Origin: Octopus sinensis
Lineage: Eukaryota
Direction: 5' to 3'
Assembly: GCF_006345805.1 (NCBI RefSeq)
Contig: NC_043008.1
Location: 73,098,001-73,162,000, forward strand
DNA: 64,000 nt
Made by a program: the position numbers and the translations under genes. Shown piece after piece: positions 51,703-64,000 of this stretch (position 1 is the stretch's first letter; each line of letters starts with the position of its first letter). The notes beneath the pieces were generated by a model. It saw nothing but the letters and a program-made list of their open reading frames with translations. It ran no database searches and was not told the origin of the DNA.

Positions 51703-52409
51703 ATGTCTATATATATATATATATACGTGTGTATATTTTATATCTCAAGCCGCATCATGTTTTTCTGCACTGCTATATCATCATCATCATTTAACGTCCA
51801 CATTCCATGCTTATATATATATGCAAGTAAAACATGGGCTGCTATGAAGATGATAGAACATCAATTGGCTACAACAGAATGGGTCATGGTAAGATCCATG
51901 CTAGGTATAGCATGAAGAGAGCACATTTGAAATGTGATAAACTGAGAACAGGGCAGAATGAACAGTGTGATTGCAGAGTACTGAACACACAAGTTCCTCT
52001 GGTTTGGACATGTCACGTGGGTCACAGACAACAAGTGAACCTATACAATTGCCAAGTGCCATCTAAGAGACCAGAAAAGACTACTATGAAGGCCTTCACG
52101 ATGATGGGAAGAGGATTTAGTTGAGCAATTTAAGTCAAGATGGAAAGGAATGGTGCAATCAAGAGAGAACTGGAAGTGCATTGTAACCAGTGATGTACAA
52201 CAGCATCTGATAGTCTGGTTGATACTGTGATATGTTTGTGTATTAAGGCTACCTTTGGTTTCATGTTACAAAAAATATCGTAATATCCTGACAATTTCTC
52301 AAGCTGACAACATGGAAGAATGCCATTCATCTCCATGTGATTAGCATGAAAATTTATAAGACATTTTTCTTAACATAAAACCAATGATAACCTTAATACG
52401 CAAATAAAA

Positions 52410-52494
<85 letters not shown>

Positions 52495-52499
52495 GTATG

Positions 52500-53830
52500 T
52501 ATGCTGACGACCTTGCTCTAATTGCTGAGTCACTATCAGAACTGGAGGAGAAGTTCCAGGTGTGGAAGGAGGGTCTAGAATCGAGGGGCCTTAGAGTCAA
52601 CCTAGCTAAAACCAAAGTACTATAAGTAGGAAGGTAGAAAATCCACAAATGTCTTCAGGAAGATGGCCCTGCTCGATCTGTAGAAAAGGTGTAGGTAGAA
52701 ACTCTATAAGATGTACCCAGTGTAAGCTATGGACACATAAGAGGTGCAGCAATGTCAAAGGAAGGCTAACTGGGAAGATAGTTTTTGTATGTGGCAGATG
52801 CTCGGGAGCATTAACCTCTGAAAATCTGCAGAAAACAACTTCCGTCACTTTCCAGGGGGAAAAACTAGAAGTAGTTGATAGCTTCCGTTATCTTGGTGAC
52901 CAAGTCAGTAGTGGGGGTGGGTGTGGTGAAAGTGTAACGGCTAGAGTAAGAATAGCCTGGGCAAAGTTCAGGGAGCTCTTACCTCTGTTGGTGACTAAAG
53001 GCCTCTCGCTCAGAGTAAAAGGCAGACTGTATGATGCATGTGTACGAACAGCCATGCTACATGGCAGTGAAACATGGGCCGTGACTGCTGAGGACATGCG
53101 TAAGCTCGTGAGAAATGAAGCCAGTATGCTCCGATGGATGTATAATGTCAGTGTGCATGCTCGACAGAGCGTTAGTACCCTGAGAGAAATGTTGGACTTA
53201 AGGAGCATCAGTTGTGGTGTGCAAGAGACGATTGTGCTGGTATGGTCATGTGGCGAGAATGGATGAAGATAGGTGTGTGAAAAACTGCCAATCCCTAGCA
53301 GTGGAGGGAACCCGTGGAAGAGGTAGACCCAGGAAAACTTGGGCTGAGGTGGTGAAGCACGACCTTCGAACTTTAGGTCTCACTGAGGAAATGACCTGCG
53401 ACCGAGACCTTTGGAAATATGCTGTGTGTGAAAAGAACAGGCAGGACAAGTGAGTCCAGCCCACTTATGCATGCCTTTCCTCCCTTGGACACACAAAGAC
53501 CTGTTGAGGCAAGCGAAGTCGATATCGAACCTCATCCGACGACAGGCACCTATGCCTACCCCCCTTTGCTTGCGAAGACCTGTTGGGGCAAGTGAAATCA
53601 AAATCGGAATCGAAATTGAACCAATCCTACGATTGGCACCCCTGGACTGGAGACACGTAAAAAGCACCCACTACACTCGCGGGGTTGTTGGCGTTAGGAA
53701 GGGCATCCAGCTGTAGAAACATTGCCAGATAAGACTGGATCCTGGTGCAGCCTTCTGGCTTCCCAGATCCCCGGTCGAACCGTCCAACCCCTGCTAGCAT
53801 GGAGAACAGACGTTAAACGATGATGATGAT
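52500..53830 (+). mobile_element. Young 5'-truncated RTE LINE with PHD-type finger in the RT/thumb junction
   Basis: YADD at 52500, C4HC3 pattern at 52670-52801, LEVVDSFRYLG, GRGRPRKTW, 3' UTR and (GAT)n tail. (TA)n on both sides. Confidence 0.92.
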
Positions 53831-53842
53831 ATATATACATAC

Positions 53843-53915
<73 letters not shown>

Positions 53916-53974
53916 TATATACATATATACATATATAAATTCATCATTACCTTATCTGATTACTCTCTTACATG

Positions 53975-54310
53975 TTTCAGTTATTTAATTGCAACCATGC
54001 TGGAGCAGCACCTTAAATTGTTTCTAGTCAAAGAAATCAACCCCAGGACTTATTCTTTGTAAGCTCACTACTTATTCTATCAGTCTCTTTTGCCAAGCCA
54101 CTAAGTTACAGGGACATATTCACACCAACGTCAGCTGTCAAGCGATACCAGACACAAAGACACACACATAAATATATATACATATATATAATGGGCTTCT
54201 TGCAGTTTTCGTCTACCAGATCCATTCACCTGAAGACACTTGCCTAAGGTGCTATACAGTGGAACTGAACCCAGATCCATGTGGTTGAGAAGCAAACTTC
54301 TTACCACATG
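53975..54310 (-). mobile_element. tRNA-headed SINE, same family as 11178
   Basis: catgctggagcagcacc...gaagacacttgcctaaggtgc...cttcttaccac. Confidence 0.8.
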
Positions 54311-55413
54311 CTTGCTCCTAGATATTACTAGATATCTACAGAGAGAGTGAGTGAATAAGTGAATGAGTGAGTGAATGTTTCTTTGTGTGTATATATGAGT
54401 GAGTGTGAGCTATGGTTAAATCTTGGTGGAATATCAACTGAGAACAGAAAAAGATATGACTAAATACTTTTAAATATTCTTGTATTCTACTTTACCATTT
54501 CTTCTATCCATTCACTATAGACTTTGGAATGCTATGTGAAGCTGCAACATTTTATTTGTAATTCTAGCAGTTAAGCTGTAATATTTTATAGTATAAGTTT
54601 TTTTCACTGTTTCTTTGTATATTAAAGTTATTTGGTAGAATATTGCATTAGAAAATCAAGAAATTGCAGCCAGATAGACATCAGAACACTTAAATGGCCC
54701 ATTACATCAACCTGTGCATGTAATTCCCCTAAACAGTAAAGATATTGTATATGGGTAAAAACGTTATTAGTTGCATCGCTGGAATGAAAGATTTTCTTGT
54801 GAAAAGAACTTGAACAGAATGAGCATTTGAGAGGGCCTTTATTTGGTTACTTCATCTGCTAAAATTAAGTCAAATCTTTTTTAAATGACAGAATACTATC
54901 TTAGTTAAAGAAAGATACAGTGAACAAAGTGTCTGAAGATTACCATTGGATGCTATTGATCACACAGGCCAAGCAACAACAACTAACTAAACCTGCAGTA
55001 GACCGGTTTTCTATCCAGGGATAAATTTCATATCCCAACAATTCAATAATATTTTATTTTGTATGTAAAATTATTTTTATAATCTGCATTATTTTCATGT
55101 TTAAAAACAAATGTTCAGTAAGTTAAATAAGTCTAAAAGTATTGTCTAGCTTTCAATGCTTCTATTTTCAGCAATAAAATCATTTCTTATATTTGTCTCT
55201 GTTCTATGTCAACGAAAAACAGCTGATTTCAGTGGGATTCAGGAGACAAAGTTCTTAAATATATCTCTAATTTCATGGAAATTCTTTAGAATTCTGTTTT
55301 GAGTATACAAAACACTTGCTTATGAATTTAGACACAATGTTCCCATTAACTATTATTTAAGTGGTATATGGCTGAGAGAAATGGATTGGATAACCTGCTC
55401 ATATTATCAAGCT

Positions 55414-55829
55414 TGTAACAGGATCTGGAATCGGTATCACTGAAGGGGTGTCCGATCCGATCCCGTCACATTCAATTTAGTTAAATATAACAGACGAAGT
55501 CAGGTTATCTGGGAAAGACAGCAAATGTTGTTTTATTACTCATGATGGTGTTGATCTGGTGTGCCTATTTCTGAGGGGGACTGACAGCCGTATCTGTTGT
55601 ACTACTTCTTGTAGGCTGGTCGAAGTGGTTCGATGTGGTCCGCTGCTAAGTCAGTGCGTAGTTCTCAGAGACTGCTAATGCACGTCTGTTCACGAGTGCT
55701 GTTGGGGCCAGAGAGAGTGAGTGAGTGGACGGTGTTCTAGGGGTCAGTTTCCCGCACATGCGCATGGGGAAGACTTCCGGTGGCCACCCGGAAGTAGTCC
55801 CATTCTGCGCATGCGCGCTGAACCTTACA
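55414..55829 (-). mobile_element. Solo LTR (416 bp)
   Basis: Termini TGTAA...TTACA, imperfect 5-bp flanks aagct/cagca, AATAAA on the minus strand, GC-rich relative to its surroundings. Confidence 0.7.
55757..55816. promoter_or_regulatory. Mirrored NRF1-like / ETS-like motif module inside the LTR
   Basis: catgcgcatg 55757, acttccgg 55773, tggcca centre, ccggaagt 55788, tgcgcatgcgc 55806. Confidence 0.45.
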
Positions 55830-56024
55830 CAGCAGCATCACTACAAGCTCAACATAGATTGTAATGCATGCATGCATGCCTGCCTGCCTGCCTGCTTAAC
55901 TATCTGTCTATCTGTCTATGTATCTATCTATCTATCTATATATCTATATAAATAAGGATAAGATTGTTATTTAAATATCGAACTTATCAAGTGGCCAGCA
56001 TAGGAATAAAAACCTTCAAAGGTA

Positions 56025-56125
56025 ATAATTATTATTAAAATTATAATTTAGGGTATCTAAGAGATACCACCACACATGGTGGTATATCTTAGATACCCTA
56101 AATTATAATTTTAAATAATAATTAT
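56025..56125. repeat. Hairpin (about 48-bp arms, 4-nt loop) in a PLE-terminus family copy
   Basis: Arms 56025-56072 and 56077-56125. The flank is homologous to 33540-33630 and 57180-57305. Confidence 0.9.
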
Positions 56126-56140
56126 CTATCTATCTATCTA

Positions 56141-56188
<48 letters not shown>

Positions 56189-56415
56189 ATATATATATAT
56201 ATATATAATGTGAATAGAAAGATGAATAATCTTGTAGTAGATTAATCAAAAGTTTAACCGATACTTAGTAAAAAAATCACAGCAGTAAAACAGCACGGTT
56301 GGAGGTACAACCATCTGGCGTTGCAACCGTGCGTTGGTGCGGATAATTGAAATTAAAACATTATTGGTGAATTGAAGAAATTGAGCTGAACGCAGATTGA
56401 ACAGAAATCGTTTTA

Positions 56416-56503
56416 TTTCATTCTACACATGTTTCGAAAGGCACAAATTACCAAAATCCGATGAATAATGGGACCATATTGTGTCTTTCTCTTCAGGAAG
56501 AAA
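56416..56503 (-). ncRNA. Type I hammerhead ribozyme with extended stem II
   Basis: UUUCUUC-CUGAAGA-GAAAG(A)CACAA...UUGUG(C)CUUUC-GAAA-CA-UG-UG-U-A-GAA(U)GAAA; core intact. Confidence 0.8.
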
Positions 56504-57106
56504 AAGGAAATCCGTTGGAAAAACAAAAACAGAACAGAGGCGGAGCAAAAAACAAATCGAACTGTGCTCCTAAGAGCCCATGGCGAACTGTTTATCAGTG
56601 TATGTTGAGAACCGGTGGCTGAAGAATTCAACGGGTCAGGCATCGGTCAATCATGTGGGTGAGGGTGTATAGATGTTCTTTGTGACCGAGAATAAAGTTC
56701 TGACTATTTAAAGATATTGGATGTTTTATAAGGGGCGAGAAAAAATCTACTTAGAGACGTGTGTGTGTGTATACTGTTCTATATATGTGTGTGTTGGCGT
56801 AGGGGTAGAAAACATTTTTTGTGTACGTGTGTGCGTTTGATCGTTCGGCTGTCAGTGGCTACTGCCGTGATAACCGTTGGGTGGCAGAAAAAAATTAAAA
56901 AATTATATATATATATTATGTTTTATGTGTGTGTGTGTATGTTCATCTAAGCCTGCCTTGACAAGGAAACCCCCGCTGTGAAAAAACCAAGCCCCGTTTG
57001 TCTTACAGGAGTAATTTCCCTTGGCAGTGGTTAATCGTAGATATCTTAAAGGCTATTTCAGAATTTGTTACCAAGGGCTATGGGTGCCGGTATTATTTTA
57101 AACGCC

Positions 57107-57151
<45 letters not shown>

Positions 57152-57272
57152 ATTATATATATACATATATATATATAAATTAATAAATAAGGATAATATC
57201 GATATTTAAATATCGATATTATCAAGTGGCCAGCATGGGAAAAATACCATACAAAGGTAATAATTTTTTTAC

Positions 57273-57747
57273 AACTAAAAATAAGGGTGTCTGAGAGACA
57301 CCACCATGCTGAAATACCAGTAAAAACCCTGACTCTAAGAACCACGTTAAATGTTCATATCGCATCATGAGATAAGACAGAGGGACAAAATAGGCTAGCA
57401 AAAAATATTACTGTATAATTCAAGATCCTGGATTTTTAGCTTTGCTTTGAATAAATCAGATAGGCACATAAATACAAATAAATATATGCAGAACAAACGT
57501 TATACTTACATATACGAACGTCTATGCATGCATATATATGCACGTATATACAAGGCCAGTTAAATTGCCCGCCAAAATACCCCATAAGAAATCCAGGATC
57601 TTGAATTATTCAGTAATATTTTTGGTAGTCTATTTTGTCCTGTCTTATCTCATGATGCGATATGAACATTTAACGTAGTTCTTAGAGTCAGGGTTTTGAC
57701 TGCTATTTCGGCATGGTGGTGTCTCTCAGACACCCTTATTTTTAGTT
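57273..57747. repeat. Inverted repeat (about 160-bp arms) in a PLE-terminus family copy
   Basis: 57273-57434 is the reverse complement of 57589-57747; homologous to 33600-33760. Confidence 0.9.
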
Positions 57748-57787
57748 ATATATATATATATATATATATAATATTTATACACACACA

Positions 57788-58542
57788 TACTAGCTGACAT
57801 ACCAGGTAATTCCTGTGAAAGTAGGGCTTATCCCTTGGTACAGTTCTCATAAATGTTTTGCTAATCTAATAACACCAATACAAAGTATGTAGCCCATAAA
57901 ACAGTTTTCGGAATTCAAATGAAGTAGTGCCAAAAAGGGCTTTAATGCATTCCCAGAGTATATAGAACATGAGAGGAAATGCTACTAAGGTATGTATACT
58001 AAAATCATGAAGCATGTTATGTAATAACAGGCCAATCAGATATGAGATAATAACAATTCAAAGTAAATAACTCTGAAAAGGACTTTTGTGCATTCCCAGG
58101 GAATATTACCCTCAGCAGTGCTAGTGTTGGTGTATATTCATGAATAAATCACTAACTGAATTAAGTAGATCTATTGTTTAGGAAAATACTATTTACTTGT
58201 TTAAGGGTTGTACTGGATAAATTATGAAAATAACTGTAACAGTTCAAATACTAAGAAACAAGCATACTCAGTTTCTTTTTTCCAAATGATTTAGGAAACT
58301 GAATGGGTTATTTCCATTGGCTATATATATAAGGATCCCTTCCAGGGGTCCTATTTATTTATTTATTTTATCTAGTTTCAGCTCACGAGCTGTGGCCATG
58401 CTGGGGCACAATTTGAGTAGGCCATGAGGTTCCCAGACATGAGTTCTACTCATGTGTCAAGTTTCATCAAAATCGATAAAACGATGTAGGAGGAGTTAGC
58501 TAACAACTCTACAAACACACTCACAGACAGAATTTCCTACAT
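57788..58542 (+). mobile_element. Non-autonomous Helitron/Helentron-type element
   Basis: 5' tactagctgacatacc, 3' gtgtcaagtttcatcaaaatcgat...cacagacagaatttcctacat. Its terminus is interrupted by an RTE tail insertion. Confidence 0.55.
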
Positions 58543-58734
58543 CATCATCATCATCATCATCGTTTAACGTCCGTTCTCCATGCTAGCATGGATTGGACGG
58601 TTCGACCGGGGATCTGGGAAGCCAGAAGGCTGCACCAGGCTCCAGTCTGATCTGGCAGTGTTTCTACAGCTGGATGCCCTTCTTAATGCCAACCACTCCG
58701 TGAGTGTAGTGGGTGCTTTTTACGTGCCACCTGC
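58543..58734 (-). mobile_element. Very short RTE 3'-tail insertion with 16-bp TSD
   Basis: acagaatttcctacat at 58527-58542 and 58735-58750 flanks (CAT)n-cgtttaacgtccg... Confidence 0.9.
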
Positions 58735-58789
58735 ACAGAATTTCCTACATATATAGTAAATATATATATACATATTCCTACATATATAG

Positions 58790-58843
<54 letters not shown>

Positions 58844-60639
58844 TATAACTGTTAAATAGGACTTCAAACATTAAAGCAAGGCAAACATCTCAAGTCGTAT
58901 ACAATATTATTACAGGAAGAAATTCAAAATCTTACAGCTGTTTGTAGGATATCTTTGAGTACGGGATATGCAGTCATCAGAGACAAATTTTGGGGAAAAG
59001 TATGTAAAAGGAGAATGGTATATATCAATAAGATGATAACATAGAGTAAGGGAGTAAAAGAATAAGGAGATGGAAAGAAAGAAGAAAAACGAGGCATAAA
59101 AGTTCATAGTTCAACTTTCCGAAGTTATAGAAACCAAAGCATCAGTTCTTAGGTGTAATCCTGCATAGATCCATGAGTGTAAGTCATTAGGTGCAATCCT
59201 GCATATATCCATATGGGTTAAAGTCCTGATGTAGTAGACGCGAACATATCAACATCCAATAACAAAATAGTAGCAGAGGTGGCTGTTAATTGGTAAAAGT
59301 AAAGAAAAGAAAAGAAATAGAAAGAGGGGTGGATAGAGTGGGGTAGGGAGGGTAAGGATTGGCTATATGATAAAGTAATGTGTATTTGTGTATTTATTTT
59401 AACAATTATATATTTGCTGCATTGGAAATCTACAATGGCTCCATAACTACCATCTCAGCTATAACCTTAGAGCCACAGTAATCTATTACAGCACTTACCT
59501 AGTGTACCTAATCGTTTAGATCACCTGTGAACTAAACTGCCATACTTTGTGTGTATGTATGTGTGTGTGTGTGTGTATATATATATAGAGAGAGAGAGAG
59601 ATAGAGAGAGAGGGGGGGAGGGATGGAGGGACAAGCAGACAAGCAAAAAGAAACACACACATATATATACAGAGTTAGAGTGAACTATATGGTGAACTGA
59701 ATCTGGGAGAAGTAAATTGTCTGATTGCCATATACCATGTTGTACTGGAGACTGAACTTTAACCTTCCTACAAATAATCTCACTCCCCTGCTCTTTTCAT
59801 TGATTAAACCCTTCGTGACAGCTCACATACTCAAGAATTATAATAATATTGTAACCATACTCTACCGCAGACTAATGTAATGAAATTTAATTTAAAGTTG
59901 TAATCTATCATGGGATAATTTATAAATGAAATAAAAGGTAAAAAATAGATAATCCAAAAATAATTTTTGTGTAACAAAATAGAATTTAAAGACAATAATG
60001 AAATGTTGATGGCATTTGTTTGTTTTGAGTGAGAAGTAGCTTGGTGAATGGGATTTGACATCTCTCTCTCATCATAATAGACATCAGCTCATTAATTATT
60101 CAAACAATCAATATAAGTGACGATAAATAATTCAGAAGAAGCTATTAATAGTATCCCATCCATAATCTTCATACACTCCAAAGACATGAAATGAAACATT
60201 AGAAACCATTTAGAATAACTAATTATAATGGTAATTGGTGAAAATCAGTGCTTCGTCATGATTTTCATTTCAAGCAAAAAGCCCAATTGTTAATTAAATC
60301 AGTTGACATTAGATGACCTTTTTGGGTCACAAGTTGAACTTTTTGGGTGAAAAGTCACAAAATAATCTTTTCGGAGATTGAAACTTTTGTGAAGTTGAAA
60401 ATGGAATGTTAATATATATTTTGGTGACAGTCTGAAATATGAACAATGAGTTCTATATTTCTTCTGTTGTCTTTGATTATCTCCTAGAAGAATTTGAAGA
60501 TGGTTTCATGAATTTTGGTTTATTTTTATTCTTCATATGTAGAATTAGTTTAATGTGGAATAAAAAAATAAAGCTAGCAAGATTTAATAGAAGTTTGACC
60601 AAAATTATTAGAGACCATGGCCTGACCAAGAGTCAATAT

Positions 60640-61010
60640 CTTGGCTGATCCTTTCTTTCCATAACTGCAACCCAATAGAACCATACACACACAATCCTAC
60701 ATACATTGTCTTCACTGCTACCATCATGTACTGAAGATGAAGTGGAGCAACAGCCACAATTCTGTTGGTGTTAAGAAGTGGAGTGCAGCATGCAAGAATG
60801 GTGAATTCATTTTTCTCTTTCATGTGCTAAAATTAAAAACAGGCATAGAAGCGATTTACCTTGACATGCTGGGGCAATTCCTTAGGCCTCAATTAGTTGT
60901 AAACATGATAATTAGTGCCACTGTCTTTCAGTAAGATGGTAGCCCTTGTCATTACATCACTGTTGTTCGGGATTCCCTGCAGGAATGGTAGTAGCTTTTC
61001 TTTAGTTTGA
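60640..61010 (+). mobile_element. Degenerate Tc1/mariner transposase fragment
   Basis: KTGIEAIYLDMLGQFLRPQL...VFQ*DGSPCHY resembles the YLDML...FQQDGAPPH motifs. Confidence 0.65.
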
Positions 61011-61459
61011 TCACCAGTTCTAACTCCTTTGGATTTCTTTGCTTCAGCTTTTACAAAATTACAATTCTATTAAACAAAGATTATGAATATGGACCATTTA
61101 TATAAAAGTATTCCAAAATCTGCAGATTATAATACTTTAAATGTTCTAGGATGGGTTTCAAAATGAGATTAATGACAATTTGAGCTGTGCAGTAATACTG
61201 ATAAACAACATGTTGAATCTAACTCTTGAAACTGCAAACAGTATTACTAATCTTTTGTGTTATATATAATAATTTTTTTACTATATTTTCAATGTTTCAT
61301 GAAGATATATATACATATACAAAGAGATGATATATGATACATCAAAAAAATATATATCTACAGTAATTAAGAGTTCAAGTAATCAAAGGTTATTAAACTT
61401 CAACAGGTTATAGTATTGCAGTAATTGACTAAAACAACCCTTAAAAGCATCACCATCAT

Positions 61460-61780
61460 CGTCATCATTTAACATCCGTTTTTCCATACTGGCATGAATT
61501 AGACAGTTTCACTGGAGCTGGTAAGCTAGAGGGCTGCACTAGGCTCCAGTTGTCTGTTTTGGTTTAGTTTTTATGGCTGAATGCCTTCCAAATACCAACG
61601 TGGTTACAGAGTGTGCTGGGTGTCTTTTACATTTCACCAGCATGGGTGCCTTTTATGTGTCACTGGCACAGGTCACAACCACAATTTCACTTAGATTGAT
61701 ATGTCTTCTCAAGCACAGCAAATCACTTGAAGTCTCAGTCACTTGGCAACGTCTCCCTAAGACTCAACAACCAAATATCA
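61460..61780 (-). mobile_element. Old RTE 3' tail fragment
   Basis: catcatttaacatccgtttttccatac...gaatgccttcc. Confidence 0.7.
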
Positions 61781-62351
61781 TATTTCACCTCTTCATTCCA
61801 CATCTGCATAGGTCTATCTCTTCCACAGGTTTCTCCACATTTAGAGATTGGCTCTTCTTTATGCAAAGCAAAATATGTTCAGAATAAAAAGCAGAAAAGC
61901 TTAAAGTTCACAGATAGATCATGATTTAAATTAACTGTTCAATTTGTGTGTTCTGCTTTTTATTACACACTTACACACACTCTCTCTCTCTCTCACACAC
62001 ACACAATATGTTGATTCTACATTTAATTTTACTGATTAAACCTGCTTAGTCACTGTTCTGTCACCAAGTACACTGAACTTTTGTTAATTTCATCCAATCC
62101 TCTTACAGAAAGTGCAATCAAATCGTGTTACTGTTTCTTTTTTTAATCTCAAACTTTTATATTTAGATTTTATCTATTGTTACTCTTTTTAATATGTTTC
62201 TAAAGAGATGGCACTCAAATAAGACTTCTGCATAATTAGAATATAATTATTAGACAATCTGACATAAAAAAAAGTTATATATCTTATACAAAAAAATACA
62301 TAGGCACACACAGATACACATATAATCACACAAACATGTGTATGTGTGTGC

Positions 62352-62395
<44 letters not shown>

Positions 62396-63539
62396 AGATG
62401 TGTGCATATATATATGTATGTGTGTGTGTGGGGGGGGCATATATGCACGTGTGTGTATGGCTGTGCATGTATTTATGTATATATGCATATGTATATGTAT
62501 TTATGTTTGTGTTAAAGGACAACATAATTTTTACTTGAGTTTTTGTATTTTATTAAGGGTTTTTGCCATAACTCCTTATCAAACCTTTATCATCTGTTAA
62601 TTGCTCCAAATTTCAAATCTGGTGATAAAAAATATCAGAGACAGATAGTATATTGATCCCATGGTTCTAGCCTATTATAAAATGGTAATACCCCAATTAA
62701 CCAGCTCATTCAGAAGATAAGACTGAAAAGATATGCAAATATGAATAGACCAAGGTAAATATCAGTGATCAATAAAAAGAAAAAGAGTAAAGAAAATTGA
62801 AGTCCTGTTTTAGACGGTATGTAGTTTAAAAGGAAAACCTTTAACAGTGCATGCACACACACACACACACACATTGAGCATGGCCAGCTCCTAGAGAGCA
62901 GTAAAGATTTGTTTTCCTTCTTGCTAACTAAAACTTTTATCTTTTCTAGGTTTTCTGTATAATTTTGCTAAATTTAAGCTTTGCGCTTATGTTTGGAATT
63001 TGTCATTCTTTCACAGCACCAGTAAGAAAGATTAAGTCTACACAACTGGAGTTCCCCAAAAATGTCCAGTCTTAAATTTCTATTAACCAACAAAGATCTA
63101 AGAACTGAATACTGGTAAACACACATCTGCACACAAAAATTCTACACTGTAATTGTTGCTAAGGTGTCAGTTTGCACACAGCCTGTTAAGAATTTCATGT
63201 GTAGTTCCTTCACTAGAAAACTGAATCACTAATACCCAGTTCTGTTACACACCTGAACCACATATTTTTTCCTGAATAGTAATATAAAAATTCACTGATA
63301 ATTCTATAGTGCGTTCCATCAGTTTAATAATTCTATAGCTGCTTTGGTCTAAACATCATCTTTCCTCTGGGTCAACAAGATAGGTTTAGGTATAGTTGGT
63401 ACAAGGAGGACTCTAGGGCCCAGGAAGCTGATACAAAGAGGACTCTACAGCAAGAAAGTATCTATAATTATCTGCTGTGTTCTCACCTTAAAAGTAAAAG
63501 TCCAGCATCCTTGAATTTTCACAGGGCCTCAAAATAGTT

Positions 63540-63990
63540 TTTCATCACACCCTTGCAAATGATGTGGAGGTCTCTAATAAAAAGAAATTTTTGAAAAGTT
63601 ATGATTACCTTCTCCCCCTCTTCTGAACCGATCTTGTACATATTTGTTTGTTTTGCACTTTGCCCTTAAAATCAATGGAATATGCCTTTTTGGTAAAAAA
63701 AAGAAAATGACTTTTGAGAATTTATGAATTTGTTTGAAAGCCACCTTTGTAAATACTGATTTTCGCCAAGCTTTTTTTGCACTATGCATTTAAAATCTAT
63801 GGGAGAAGCCTTGAAGTTTAAAAAATAATTTTTGGTAATTGGTGTTCACCATTACAATTCCCGATTTCAAACAGAAAATGAAAAGTAATTTAAAAACAAT
63901 AGTGAAATAAAAATAAAAAAATTAACTCCCACCCCACTAAATCCTAAAATTTCAGCATTTTTACAAAATCATATTTTTAAAATAGGGATA
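63540..63990. mobile_element. Possible non-autonomous Helitron-like repeat
   Basis: ctgaaccgatctt and aaaatcatattttt blocks resemble such elements; termini not resolved. Confidence 0.3.
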
Positions 63991-64000
63991 GATTAAATCT

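Noticed and set aside
59149-59225. Two imperfect approximately 39-bp tandem units
   Set aside because: Only two degenerate copies, with no structure or further context.
63017-63114. Strong acceptor (ttctttcacag) and donor-like site
   Set aside because: All three frames hit stops before the donor.

Overview
AT-rich, microsatellite-dense eukaryotic non-coding DNA. The repeat families (tRNA-headed SINEs, RTE tails ending in (GAT)n, abundant (TA)n/(CA)n) most resemble an octopus/cephalopod genome; this is an inference from recalled repeat families, not a search. No intact protein-coding gene, rRNA or CRISPR array is evident, and most ORF-track entries are microsatellite or transposon artefacts. 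The window is largely decayed mobile elements: a HERO-like non-LTR element, an L1/Tx1-like ORF1, several RTE and CR1 LINE fragments, Penelope-like elements (PLEs), a near-full-length Tigger/pogo, maT and mariner relics, Helitron/Helentron-type non-autonomous elements, many SINEs and one solo LTR. The most notable signal is at RNA level. Nine sequence-diverse type I hammerhead ribozyme (HHR) motifs with intact or near-intact cores, plus two degenerate relics, lie in PLE-type termini. They are often embedded in long fold-back inverted repeats bounded by (TA)n. They include a tandem pair 504 nt apart that could release a retrozyme-like monomer, and a U3:A8 compensatory core variant. One possible host exon (18970-19079) is noted at low confidence.
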